From: a virus
Lineage: Duplodnaviria > Caudoviricetes
Virus record (IMG/VR): IMGVR_UViG_3300005611_000028
Span: 1-58,290 of that record
DNA: 58,290 bases
Strand: one strand, 5' to 3'
Shown one piece after another: positions 47,183-56,246 of the stretch (position 1 is the first letter of the stretch; each line of letters starts with the position of its first letter). The notes beneath the pieces were generated by a model. The model saw nothing but the letters and a program-made list of their open reading frames with translations. It did no database searches and was not told where the DNA came from. The position numbers were made by a program, and so were the translations under genes.

Positions 47183-47498
47183 AGTTAACCATAGGCACAG
47201 TTTTGCCAGCCAAATCGTGAGTGCAATCATTTAAAAATTGCCAACTCCCATTGCGAATAAATGAATGGCATACACGACGAGAATTGCTTTCCCCGTGATT
47301 GCTACGCAACAGTAGAGATGGCGAGAAAGTTGGGCTTTTTAAATCTTCATTAAAATCCCACTCTGGAACCTTGACTTCCATGTGTTTGGATGCGCCACGA
47401 ACATAGATAAAATGAAGCTCTTTGCAGCCAGGGCATTTTAATTCATATCCAATTATATTGCCGTTTCGCTCAACTGCGCCGACTAGTTCATTTTTCAT
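47172..47498 (-). CDS. DUF6527-like Cys/His metal-binding protein
   Basis: CPGC...H...W.FN.D...PTFSPSLL...CHSFIRNG.WQFL.DCTH.LAG.TV. Confidence 0.75.
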   Translation of the reverse strand: MKNELVGAVERNGNIIGYELKCPGCKELHFIYVRGASKHMEVKVPEWDFNEDLKSPTFSPSLLLRSNHGESNSRRVCHSFIRNGSWQFLNDCTHDLAGKTVPMVNCGD

Positions 47499-47513
47499 AA
47501 AACCTCCGTAGTT

Positions 47514-47888
47514 TTACAAACCGCGTGATTGGCATGTGTATGTCGCCGCCGCTGGGTCGCGTTTTACTGAGCCGACTATTTCAAAAGTCGATCCCTCGAT
47601 TGTGATTTTGTCGCCCTGCTTTGGCACGGGAAGGCCCGCGAAGCTATTGGCGATAAGCATGATTTTTTTATCGCCTGCGCGTATTCGCGTGCCATCAATG
47701 AGCTTGTCGCTGTACTCCTCGGTAAAGCCTTTGCCTGTTATCGGCGTTTCTACGGTGGGTCTTGGTGCCGTAGGGTCGCTTGGTCGCGCGCCCTTGGCGA
47801 CAACAATCAGCGTGCAATCCAGCAGACCCGGTGCGATTGCTTGGTTAACAATCGCGGCAATGTCGGTGCCGAACAGAATGTTACTCAT
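47514..47888 (-). CDS. head-closure / head-tail joining protein
   Basis: IDGTRI.AGDKKI...P..GD.I.......V..DPA.A.Y.CQ.R. Confidence 0.8.
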   Translation of the reverse strand: MSNILFGTDIAAIVNQAIAPGLLDCTLIVVAKGARPSDPTAPRPTVETPITGKGFTEEYSDKLIDGTRIRAGDKKIMLIANSFAGLPVPKQGDKITIEGSTFEIVGSVKRDPAAATYTCQSRGL

Positions 47889-48373
47889 TGATAGGTATCT
47901 CTATCATATTTATTCGCATCGCTAAACGTAGAATTCCCGCAAAGCCCGAATGATGACGCGCCGCTTACGCCAGCGCTGGCAATGAGTCCGCCGGCCTTCA
48001 ATATATTCATTACGTGAGCGCTAAATCTTTGCCCTTTGACCGGTCGGAAGTTTTCGACTTCAACGCTACCAGCTTTAACTCGCTTTTGATTGCTTCCAGT
48101 ATTGCCTGCGGTAATCGCGGCTTGGTTCAATTGCAGATACAACGCCAGTTCAGCCGTGGCATTTTCCAGCGGCTCGGTTATATCGGAAACATCAATTGGC
48201 AATTTATATTCAGATTTAACGATCTGACTAATTTGCCCGCTTGCCGTGACCAATGCTCTACTTTTGGTGTCACTATCAAGCGCATCCCAGCTAGCAAACT
48301 GTAAATTATTATCGAAATAATCATCAGCGGTGGCTACGGTTGAGTAGCTATTGGTTCCGAGTGTTAGCGCCAT
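47885..48373 (-). CDS. head-tail adaptor (family annotated 'DnaT-like ssDNA-binding')
   Basis: NSY.TVA.AD.YF......W......K..AL..A...ATAELAL...KAGSVEVE. Confidence 0.82.
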   Translation of the reverse strand: MALTLGTNSYSTVATADDYFDNNLQFASWDALDSDTKSRALVTASGQISQIVKSEYKLPIDVSDITEPLENATAELALYLQLNQAAITAGNTGSNQKRVKAGSVEVENFRPVKGQRFSAHVMNILKAGGLIASAGVSGASSFGLCGNSTFSDANKYDRDTYQ

Positions 48374-49727
48374 TTAGAGCATCCCCGTCTACGTTGAATG
48401 ATGTTGGTTTTGCTGCGCCGGTGTCGCTGATACCTAAATCAATGTCGGCATCAAGGCCGCTAAGACCTAGAATGTCCATTAGCTCATTGACCGCTTCATC
48501 CTCGCGCGTAAGCGGAACGCCAGCGGTAGCAAGATCGCGAATAGCCGCAAAAATTTCTTTCGAGTCGCGGTTTTTCATCGGCTCAGGCTTTAGGTTAGGC
48601 TTCATTTCGTCGGGCCAGCCGTTTAGCGTCCAAAGCCTATCGATTAAATCTTTTTTGAATGTTTCGGCCAGCTCTTTAAGCGCTGAATCGACCATTACCG
48701 CGAATGTTTGGCTTTTGTCTTCGCTGAGTGATTGCGCTCCACGACCATTGAGCCCTACCAAAAGGCCCTCGCACCCAAGGATAAGCGCCAGCTCCATGGT
48801 TAGTCGATTAATGGCATCGGCAATCTCTTTGAAGCCCTGTGACCCGCCTTTGATGATCTGAACATCCCACTTGTAAACGCCTGTAATGCTCGGGTTTTCG
48901 GAGTCGGTAGTGTAAGTTTGCGAATCTAGCGAAAGGCCAAGCTGAGGGTTTTTAATGCGGTTTTGTATAAAGTCAGTAAGCGGTTTAAGTGCTGCCGCTT
49001 TATCCTCGCCGGTCATTTCGCCATCATTGATTAAATCGTCCATCTCGGCATAGGGGGCGCGTATTACTGGAACCCCAGCTAGATCACTTTCGTAGCCATA
49101 CCCTTCAAGCTGTTGATAACGCTTTAAAGCCTTCGCGGTTGCCGCGACATGCCGGAACAATCCCAAACCCTCGGGCGAGTCGTTCAGACTGTCATCGACG
49201 ACATAGACAATTTTCCAGCGATCTATCGGCCTAATAGCGAATGTATTCGGGTCTTGCTGTTCGATATATTCAACACGTCCATTGTCGTCAAGCTTCCATC
49301 CCCAAATAGTCGATTGCGGGCGTGGGGCAATATCGGAAAAACCAATAATACCATCGTCACGAACCTTGGATGCCCACTCTTGTATGCTGAAACCCCAGAA
49401 CACATAAGCACCCGCGCGACGCACTACGCGGTGCCACGGGGTTTCCATATCGTGTAAAATGCTTTCGGCTAATTCGGCGTACTCAATGGCCTGCTCGCTT
49501 TCGTCGGCAGCCTCAAATACCCACTTGGCACCGGCCAGTGTCCGTAAAAAATAACGAACACCAGCCGCAACAATGGCAACATTGGCCAGATTGTCGGAGT
49601 AGGTTTTATATTTTCTGTTGCCGGATAGCTCTGGGTTGCGCTCACCATCTTGTAGCTGAGTGCCGTAGATTACCGCGCCCCCAACGCCTTGCATTTTTTT
49701 TGCGCTGGCTTTTTTGGTAAAAAACAT
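48348..49727 (-). CDS. portal protein (DUF935-like)
   Basis: 459 aa; WGFSIQEW...PRPQ.TI..W...SPEG.GL.R...L..LNG; downstream of terL. Confidence 0.88.
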   Translation of the reverse strand: MFFTKKASAKKMQGVGGAVIYGTQLQDGERNPELSGNRKYKTYSDNLANVAIVAAGVRYFLRTLAGAKWVFEAADESEQAIEYAELAESILHDMETPWHRVVRRAGAYVFWGFSIQEWASKVRDDGIIGFSDIAPRPQSTIWGWKLDDNGRVEYIEQQDPNTFAIRPIDRWKIVYVVDDSLNDSPEGLGLFRHVAATAKALKRYQQLEGYGYESDLAGVPVIRAPYAEMDDLINDGEMTGEDKAAALKPLTDFIQNRIKNPQLGLSLDSQTYTTDSENPSITGVYKWDVQIIKGGSQGFKEIADAINRLTMELALILGCEGLLVGLNGRGAQSLSEDKSQTFAVMVDSALKELAETFKKDLIDRLWTLNGWPDEMKPNLKPEPMKNRDSKEIFAAIRDLATAGVPLTREDEAVNELMDILGLSGLDADIDLGISDTGAAKPTSFNVDGDALNGANTRNQ

Positions 49728-49888
49728 TAGCTATCGGCCCTTGGTTTTGTGCTGATTGTGACAGCTCTAATAGCTATCCATTCGGCCATCTTTCTGCTAG
49801 CTAGCGGAATAAATCGGCAGATAAATATAGCGGGCTTTGCCCACCACTTAAAAGTAGCTGTACATTCAACTGTTATAGGATTTGCCAT
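49727..49888 (-). CDS. small hypothetical protein
   Basis: GGGG RBS; coupled to the portal start. Confidence 0.5.
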   Translation of the reverse strand: MANPITVECTATFKWWAKPAIFICRFIPLASRKMAEWIAIRAVTISTKPRADS

Positions 49889-49973
49889 AGTGCCCCCATT
49901 GTTAACCCAATTGTGGTATGTGCGCCACAAAAACACAAGGGGCGCCAATATTAACTTTCAACTAAAATTAAAC

Positions 49974-50002
49974 TTGCAACCGATCCTTATGTGTACTAAA
50001 TT
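49974..50002 (+). promoter_or_regulatory. cassette promoter with GTGTACTA
   Basis: TTGCAA-17-TAAATT; GTGTACTA 49991-49998. Confidence 0.7.
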
Positions 50003-50088
50003 GAATATGAAAGCGGATTACTTGATGCTTATCGCGGCCTCATTTATTGCTCTGGCCATTACTTACCACAAAAAACAGGTATACGAAA

Positions 50089-50511
50089 ATGAAAAAATTA
50101 CTACTTATTGCATCCATGATGCTAGCCCTAACTGCGTGCGGAAGCTCGGACAGCGACAACGGCATAAAAATATCGACACCCCGATATAACGGCCACTATA
50201 CCACCGATTTTTATGTTCTCGAAGGCGCATGTTATGACATCACCGGCGCCGGAATGATTATCTACAATTCGGTTATATACCCCGAGTTTGACTCAAGTTA
50301 TAGCGTAACAGGTAATTCTTTTGCTGATTCTCCATTTTTCGGGGTTGCCAGCGGTCCAAATACCGACCAAGTGCATTTTGAGGGAACCTTTGACTACGGC
50401 GGCAAAACCATTGGCGGCGAATGGAATAGCGAATATTGCACAGGCTATTTTGTTGGTCAAAAAGTTGGCGACCTTACCGACCGAGAAAAGCACCACTTGG
50501 ATGCGCTCTAA
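50089..50511 (+). CDS. lipoprotein (moron-like)
   Basis: MKKLLLIASMMLALTA-C-GSSDSD lipobox; beta-rich mature domain with two further Cys. Confidence 0.85.
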   Translation: MKKLLLIASMMLALTACGSSDSDNGIKISTPRYNGHYTTDFYVLEGACYDITGAGMIIYNSVIYPEFDSSYSVTGNSFADSPFFGVASGPNTDQVHFEGTFDYGGKTIGGEWNSEYCTGYFVGQKVGDLTDREKHHLDAL

Positions 50512-50708
50512 TGGATCGCGTAATTGCCTATTTAATGTCATCTATCGACCAGTTCGCGGAGCACGTCGATACATATAGCCCTGATTTGCATGACGAAATG
50601 CTAGAGACGAATCGTCAGGCAATGAGGGAGTTATGTGAAACGCTAACGCCGGACGAAGTCGATAAGATACGCGATATTAAAGCTAAATTTGACGAGATTG
50701 CAAAATGA
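50511..50708 (+). CDS. hypothetical protein
   Basis: TAATG-coupled to the lipoprotein gene. Confidence 0.6.
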   Translation: MDRVIAYLMSSIDQFAEHVDTYSPDLHDEMLETNRQAMRELCETLTPDEVDKIRDIKAKFDEIAK

Positions 50709-50980
50709 TAGTAGACGGAAAGCATGTAGAGCGATTAATGCGACAAGTTGCACCCAATGCAATGACTCGGTGCGAGGCGCGAAACACGGACTACGGAATA
50801 CAGCTTATATGGGCATGGGAGTATGCCGGTGTAGGCGAGTATTGTGTTCGAAACATAAATCAGGATCAGCTATACGAATACAAAAACAAAATAAGCGCAA
50901 TAGCTGCATCCATTGAAAATGCCAGCGAAGAGATTAGGAATTGGACGGCCCAAAAAACGTTTATACAGGCGAGTCAATAA
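50705..50980 (+). CDS. hypothetical protein
   Basis: ATGA-coupled to the upstream gene. Confidence 0.6.
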   Translation: MIVDGKHVERLMRQVAPNAMTRCEARNTDYGIQLIWAWEYAGVGEYCVRNINQDQLYEYKNKISAIAASIENASEEIRNWTAQKTFIQASQ

Positions 50981-52580
50981 CACCAGGGGCGCCAAAGCTT
51001 TTCTTTTTCGGCTTGATTGTTATAGCCTTTCCGTACGCGCGCGTTGCCCCGTCTATCTGGTCCTTGAATGTTCCATTGGGAAACAGCGCGCCCTCGTTTA
51101 TAAAATCGTCGTTCCAATGTGATTGCAAAAGGTAAGCGTTTCCGCCTTCAACTTGAGCGGCAAGCGGTATTGCTCGTGATTCTTTTGATCCAGACTCAGG
51201 CGAAAACCTAACTTCATAACCATGTAGCAACCGCAAAAAAGCGGCCTTTTGAGACTTACCGGCTTGCCCAGGGTCCTGAGGCAAATCTTGTATTACGCTT
51301 TTACCGTCACGCTCAGCTGTGGCTTTTATATCATCCTCTACAGCGCCAGGCGTTTTCTTAAATCTGTTTACATCGGCGATAATTACGCGGCCATCTTTGG
51401 TTATGCCAAGCTTTACACCTACTGTGTACGCCGATGTGCTTTTATCGGATGCGGCCAAATCCCAGCCGCGCACCCACTGAATGACTTTTACGTCTTTCAG
51501 GCTGTCGATGTATTGCCAATCTGATTTTTTGAACATTCCGCCGCCGCGCGGTGCCGGTCTTTGCTGTAGCTGTCCGGCTTCGGCATAGGTTCCGCCCTTG
51601 GCTCGTAATGCAGCCTTTAGTTCATCAAGCGCTAATTTAGGGTACCGCTTAGGGTCCAGTAATTCACCCTCTTCTGTGCGCGGGTCGATGTTATAGCGCT
51701 GCTCGCATTTCGGCGTATAGTCGGCGTTTTCCGGTGGCTCTGGCCGCCATGCTTTGTCCTCTCGGTTGAAATAAACGGTCGTAGGATCAGATTTAATATA
51801 GCTTGGTTTTACTTTCGTGTAGCATCGACGATCACTTTCAAACTCCATTGGTATCATTAGGTGTTCATAACCCATTTCGTTTGCGAGAATTAGCCCGCTT
51901 ACGTCGCGCTCATGCACGCGCTGCATGATGACTATTATGGCGCTCTCGGCCATTTTATTTAATCGAGTTGGCACTTCTTCGGAGAACGTCAAAAGTACGC
52001 TTTCGCGGATCGTGTCGCTTTCTGCTTGCGATACTGAGTGAGGATCATCGAAAATAACGCGGTCGCCGCGCTTTCCTGTCATTGATGTTGCCGGACTAGA
52101 CTGCCTAAATCCGGTGGCCGTGTTTTCATAGTTGGCTTTTTGGTTTTGGTCTTTGCTGAATGTGAATCGATCCCCCCAAAGGTCTTGATACCAATCTGAG
52201 TTAATCAGCATCTTGCAGCGCCGATTATCGCGTATAGCAAGGTTTTCCGAGTGCGCCGCGTTTATGTACCGGTAATGTGGCAAGCCTTTTGGTCCCCACT
52301 CCCACGCAGGCCAAAAAACGTTGGTGGTTAGCGACTTCGATGTGCCTGGGGGGATATTGATCAGCAGTCGCCTAATATCACCGCGCGTAACAGCCTCCAA
52401 ATGATCGCAAATAGCCTCCATACCCCAGTTTGCAACCATAGGGTTACCCGGCTCCAATGCATTCCATCCAAGGCGCACGAAATCTATAAGCCGCTCTTCG
52501 CAGTCGGCTTTATCAAGCTCCCGCCGCAATAAATCAGGATTTTGAAGTGCCGCAAAAATATCTTGCTCTGTGAGTTGCAT
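50961..52580 (-). CDS. terL: terminase large subunit
   Basis: LLINIPPGTSKS (Walker A), IFDDPH (Walker B), IMQRVH, RGWDLA, FPNG..KDQIDG nuclease motifs. Confidence 0.95.
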   Translation of the reverse strand: MQLTEQDIFAALQNPDLLRRELDKADCEERLIDFVRLGWNALEPGNPMVANWGMEAICDHLEAVTRGDIRRLLINIPPGTSKSLTTNVFWPAWEWGPKGLPHYRYINAAHSENLAIRDNRRCKMLINSDWYQDLWGDRFTFSKDQNQKANYENTATGFRQSSPATSMTGKRGDRVIFDDPHSVSQAESDTIRESVLLTFSEEVPTRLNKMAESAIIVIMQRVHERDVSGLILANEMGYEHLMIPMEFESDRRCYTKVKPSYIKSDPTTVYFNREDKAWRPEPPENADYTPKCEQRYNIDPRTEEGELLDPKRYPKLALDELKAALRAKGGTYAEAGQLQQRPAPRGGGMFKKSDWQYIDSLKDVKVIQWVRGWDLAASDKSTSAYTVGVKLGITKDGRVIIADVNRFKKTPGAVEDDIKATAERDGKSVIQDLPQDPGQAGKSQKAAFLRLLHGYEVRFSPESGSKESRAIPLAAQVEGGNAYLLQSHWNDDFINEGALFPNGTFKDQIDGATRAYGKAITIKPKKKSFGAPGVIDSPV

Positions 52581-52604
52581 CTATCCCCTTTTGTGTACTA
52601 TATT
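52575..52604 (+). promoter_or_regulatory. cassette promoter with GTGTACTA; -35 overlaps the terL start codon
   Basis: TTGCAT(52575)...GTGTACTATATT. Confidence 0.65.
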
Positions 52605-52631
52605 GTAACTGTAGATACAGGAGGCCACCTA

Positions 52632-53039
52632 ATGGCATTTTATAGTGTTCGTATTGAAGTTAGCCCCAGACCAGATGTTAGCAGAACTTTCTTAATTAGT
52701 ACCCAATACAGCAATCTTAAAGATGATTGTCTTCGCGAAATCATGCGATTTACTGATGATGATCTTTCGGTCGTTGCCGCCATTGAGCGTTTTAGGCGTG
52801 ACGGCGATCTAGCTTATTGCGTTTGCATTGACGTCGTTTTGGTTAAGATTTTCCGCCATGTTTTGGGCGGCGCATCAGTTTTTAAGTGGTCTGAGAGCGT
52901 GAAAATATTTACCTTGATTGCTGCCGTTGCGCTTTTTGTGTCTTGCTATGGCGCATTTAGCAGTGGCGATTATGGCCGGTCAATCTGGTTTTTCCTTGCC
53001 GCATTGGCAAATACTTACTTTTTTATATGGTGGAAATGA
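52632..53039 (+). CDS. hypothetical protein with two C-terminal TM helices
   Basis: AGGAGG RBS; hydrophobic C-terminus. Confidence 0.65.
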   Translation: MAFYSVRIEVSPRPDVSRTFLISTQYSNLKDDCLREIMRFTDDDLSVVAAIERFRRDGDLAYCVCIDVVLVKIFRHVLGGASVFKWSESVKIFTLIAAVALFVSCYGAFSSGDYGRSIWFFLAALANTYFFIWWK

Positions 53040-53833
53040 TGACTATTAATAACGATATACCCTATTCAGAATATGGCCCGTCTTTTATAGGGGAGTCAAT
53101 AAAGAAATGCTCAGAGAAAATGGTGGCTGACATTAAAAAGAAAGTTGACGAAGCTTATGAAAAAGGCAAGGCTGATGCAATAAAAGGGTGCCTCGATAAT
53201 TCTGTTGCCGATAAGATTGATAGTTTGGTTAATGAATATACTCATAAGTGGAGCGATGAGTTCTCGGAAGTAAATATTGGTATAATTAAAAAAGGTCGAG
53301 GTTTTATATACCCAGAGGCTCTCATTGAGGTTGCAAAAAAAATTCGTTTAGATGCCCGCGAGATCAGTAATGAGCACTGCAATAAAGTCGAATATAATTA
53401 CTACAAAAAATGTTTTGATATGGGCTACGAAACAGGCAAGCATGACGCCATCATGGCTGGCAATATAAATAAGTCTAAACCTCAAAACAAATTAAAATTA
53501 AAAGGCCCTGGCAGGCAAAGTGATATTGACTACAAAAAATGTTTTGATATGGGCTACGAAACAGGCCATCGCGATGCAATTAAAGATAAGGGCGAAAAAA
53601 TCCAAATGCGCGCAGATGGCACGGTCGAGTTTGTACACCCTCAAACAAAGCAAGTAGGAAGCTGCGCAATATCCGAAGGCGGTCTAACCAAGCGAGAGTA
53701 TTTTGCGGCTATGGCACTACAAGGCGTTCTAGTTAATGCCGGAAGAAACGGACTTGAATTCAGGGGTTGCGCAAAAGAAGCTGTTTTGCAAGCCGACGCA
53801 CTAATCAAAGAGTTGAAGAAAACCCATGAGTAA
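53027..53833 (+). CDS. mosaic hypothetical protein with duplicated YKKCFDMGYETG and C-terminal GLTKREYFAA domain
   Basis: ORF track; internal 38-bp duplication. Confidence 0.75.
   Translation: MVEMMTINNDIPYSEYGPSFIGESIKKCSEKMVADIKKKVDEAYEKGKADAIKGCLDNSVADKIDSLVNEYTHKWSDEFSEVNIGIIKKGRGFIYPEALIEVAKKIRLDAREISNEHCNKVEYNYYKKCFDMGYETGKHDAIMAGNINKSKPQNKLKLKGPGRQSDIDYKKCFDMGYETGHRDAIKDKGEKIQMRADGTVEFVHPQTKQVGSCAISEGGLTKREYFAAMALQGVLVNAGRNGLEFRGCAKEAVLQADALIKELKKTHE
53400..53566 (+). repeat. 38-bp exact direct repeat, two copies (53400-53437, 53529-53566), in frame
   Basis: actacaaaaaatgttttgatatgggctacgaaacaggc. Confidence 0.9.
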
Positions 53834-54176
53834 ATACGTGTCTTTGGAAAACCTAATATCTTTAGCAAAAGATTTTGAAGCTCAAAACCCAAGCGGGTGC
53901 ACTAGGATTTCTATTTCAGATGAAGCGGTAAACATAACCATTCAGTTTTGCGAAAATACAACGCTAAAAACAATCGGGATAGAGCGGCAAGTGCCTATCA
54001 TCATTGCGATAAATAGCCGAGTCGATGAGCTTTCGTTAGAGTTTAACTCTATGGCATTGGAGTTAAAGAATCATTGCAATGAAATAGACTGGTGCGACTG
54101 CTACGAAGACGGCATCACAATGAACAATTATCTGTTTCACGAAGTTCCATCTTCGCTTTTAGGTGAAAAAATATGA
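53826..54176 (+). CDS. hypothetical protein
   Basis: ORF track, coupled. Confidence 0.6.
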   Translation: MSKYVSLENLISLAKDFEAQNPSGCTRISISDEAVNITIQFCENTTLKTIGIERQVPIIIAINSRVDELSLEFNSMALELKNHCNEIDWCDCYEDGITMNNYLFHEVPSSLLGEKI

Positions 54177-54520
54177 CTAACCAACCAGTAACCCAAGAAG
54201 AAATCGACGAGGCGCTAAACATAAGCGAAGAGGCTGGCGATACTTCTATTTGCTATGAGGTTTTGAAGCGATTGCGGAATCAGGATTCAGCAAAAATTCA
54301 CAACCCAGAACACATCAAAACACTAAAAGAAACCCACAAGTTTTTACTGATGGCTAGAAGTGGTTGCCACCGCATGTTTATAGGTAGAGGCAATGATTTA
54401 AGCCTTCCGCATGAGGCGAGAATGGTTGCCATTGCCGTTGATAATAATGAATTTATGGACCACATAAAAAAATTGTCTTGCCTTATTGAATCTATCGGAG
54501 ACTTCAAAGATGCCAGATAA
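54173..54520 (+). CDS. hypothetical protein
   Basis: ORF track, coupled. Confidence 0.6.
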   Translation: MTNQPVTQEEIDEALNISEEAGDTSICYEVLKRLRNQDSAKIHNPEHIKTLKETHKFLLMARSGCHRMFIGRGNDLSLPHEARMVAIAVDNNEFMDHIKKLSCLIESIGDFKDAR

Positions 54521-54932
54521 AATAGAAGTTAAAACGCGGTTTAATGCTGATATTATCGAGACATCAACTATGTTTCATAACGGTCTAAGGTATGATGATA
54601 TTGCGGTTAAAGTCATAAAGCTTCAAGAGCAAGGGGTTATTGAAGCGCTCAAGCACCTTGGGTGGACTCCGCCTAGTGACCAGCCAAAAATCAAGATGAC
54701 AAAGACGCTTCCTAGTGAGGTTGGCCGTTATTTCTGGTCAGACAATATATTTTACGCTGATATTAAAATTTGTAGCGTATACTCAAATAAATATTACGCT
54801 GATAAAATCAATAAACCAGATTGTGATGATCTTTTTGTCGTGAGCGCAGGCCTTTTAAATCCTCAGAAATGCATAGATATTGGCGGCTACTGGGCAAAAG
54901 TAGAGCCATATCAATTTGAGTTCGAGGATTGA
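54486..54932 (+). CDS. hypothetical protein (probable start ATG 54510)
   Basis: ORF track; GGAG before MPDKIEV. Confidence 0.6.
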   Translation: MNLSETSKMPDKIEVKTRFNADIIETSTMFHNGLRYDDIAVKVIKLQEQGVIEALKHLGWTPPSDQPKIKMTKTLPSEVGRYFWSDNIFYADIKICSVYSNKYYADKINKPDCDDLFVVSAGLLNPQKCIDIGGYWAKVEPYQFEFED

Positions 54933-55111
54933 TTATGAAACGAAAAAACTTAAGGCTTGATGATGTTCTTGATTTTGGAAAACACAAAGGATGTCAAATT
55001 GAAGATTTGATAGACGATGACCCTAGCTATCTGGCTTGGCTTTACGATCAGGACGAAAATGTATTTGATTCTGAGGTGATCCAAATTCTTGAAAAACGAA
55101 AAATTATTTAG
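54929..55111 (+). CDS. DUF3820-like small protein
   Basis: LDFGKHKG..I.D....DPSYLAWL. Confidence 0.75.
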   Translation: MIMKRKNLRLDDVLDFGKHKGCQIEDLIDDDPSYLAWLYDQDENVFDSEVIQILEKRKII

Positions 55112-55118
55112 GTGGAAA

Positions 55119-55613
55119 ATGGCAACCTCTAAAAAACCAAGAAAGCCAAAAGCAAAAGCACGATTCAACGCCGGAACCGAAATAGCCAAGCTTAGAAATG
55201 ACATGGTTGGCATTAGCTACCAGTGGCGAGATGAAAGCGTAATCCAATTTTTGGAAGATGGCAAAGACGCCAGATCGTATGAGATTGACCCGCGAACCGT
55301 TAGATTTGATCATGCCAACAAAGCCAAGAAGCTGTATGCAAAGGCCATTTTCAGACGGGCAAAGCAGGTTATTAGCGGGCATATCCCATTCAAGTGGGCC
55401 ATTGATATAGATGCCGAGTTTACCGGCGCCAGCGGCAAGATATGGGCTATCAACGAAGAGTTTGCGGCGGTAGCCGCGCTGGATGACTTGGCGCCGCATG
55501 TAACGAAGTTCTTTGATGAAGCCATTGACCGTGCGCGCGAGGTATCAAAGGGGCCGCTCGGGCAACTAACATTCAAAGCAGCGACGTTTAAAGTTACGTG
55601 CGAAGGATATTAG
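55119..55613 (+). CDS. hypothetical protein with basic N-terminus
   Basis: AGGTGG RBS before MATSKKPRK. Confidence 0.65.
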   Translation: MATSKKPRKPKAKARFNAGTEIAKLRNDMVGISYQWRDESVIQFLEDGKDARSYEIDPRTVRFDHANKAKKLYAKAIFRRAKQVISGHIPFKWAIDIDAEFTGASGKIWAINEEFAAVAALDDLAPHVTKFFDEAIDRAREVSKGPLGQLTFKAATFKVTCEGY

Positions 55614-55668
55614 TGTGTTGCAATAACGCCTATCACGCACTGCTAAAATGCCTCCATTTGGGGGCAGT

Positions 55669-56040
55669 ATGCAATCACTAGACGATCACGAAAAAGCAAA
55701 TATAAAAGGGATTTACGGCGCTAGATATGTTTTCGCCGTGCCCGATGATAGCCAAGACTGGAAAATGGCGGTATTAAAAGGCGGCCAGTGGTACTCGATC
55801 ACATACGACCAGCTTAGCGGACTACATGCATCTAATGGGGCGTTCTACGACAATACAACAATACCGCCTGTAGATGGGGCCCGTTATTATATTGCTGTGC
55901 CTCGTCAAGATGAACAATGGCCAGCGCCGGCGGCAATATTTGAAGTGGATAAGTGGCGACCCGTTACTCCTAGCGAGTTACAACAAATGGCCGGCAAGTT
56001 CTCCAACATGCCAGCCAACATTCAACGAGGGTTTTATTGA
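55669..56040 (+). CDS. two-repeat hypothetical protein
   Basis: GARYVFAVP...W / GARYYIAVP...W internal duplication; GGGG RBS. Confidence 0.7.
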   Translation: MQSLDDHEKANIKGIYGARYVFAVPDDSQDWKMAVLKGGQWYSITYDQLSGLHASNGAFYDNTTIPPVDGARYYIAVPRQDEQWPAPAAIFEVDKWRPVTPSELQQMAGKFSNMPANIQRGFY

Positions 56041-56246
56041 CTCTCAATAATATCCGTCATGAACGCCATAAAAGCAGGCTCGGCTTTATACCAAAAATCC
56101 TTATACTGCTTTTCTAGAGCTTTCGCCTGCGCATCAAGCTGATTGTACTGAGCCTGAAATGGCCGGCCAGCAGGTGATGATATGAAGTTGTGCTCCATAA
56201 TCTCAACAGCCGCCCTGCCCGCCTTTGTGGTCTCGTTATGATGCAC
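56034..56246 (-). CDS. small helical partner of the CCC coiled-coil protein
   Basis: Overlaps the stop of 56236..56958 on the same strand; start uncertain. Confidence 0.6.
   Translation of the reverse strand: MHHNETTKAGRAAVEIMEHNFISSPAGRPFQAQYNQLDAQAKALEKQYKDFWYKAEPAFMAFMTDIIESQ

Noticed and set aside
53400-53566. 38-bp direct repeat as a mini CRISPR array or DGR template/variable pair
   Set aside because: Only two copies, a 91-nt gap, in frame within a CDS, not palindromic; no cas or reverse transcriptase gene and no adenine-specific mismatches
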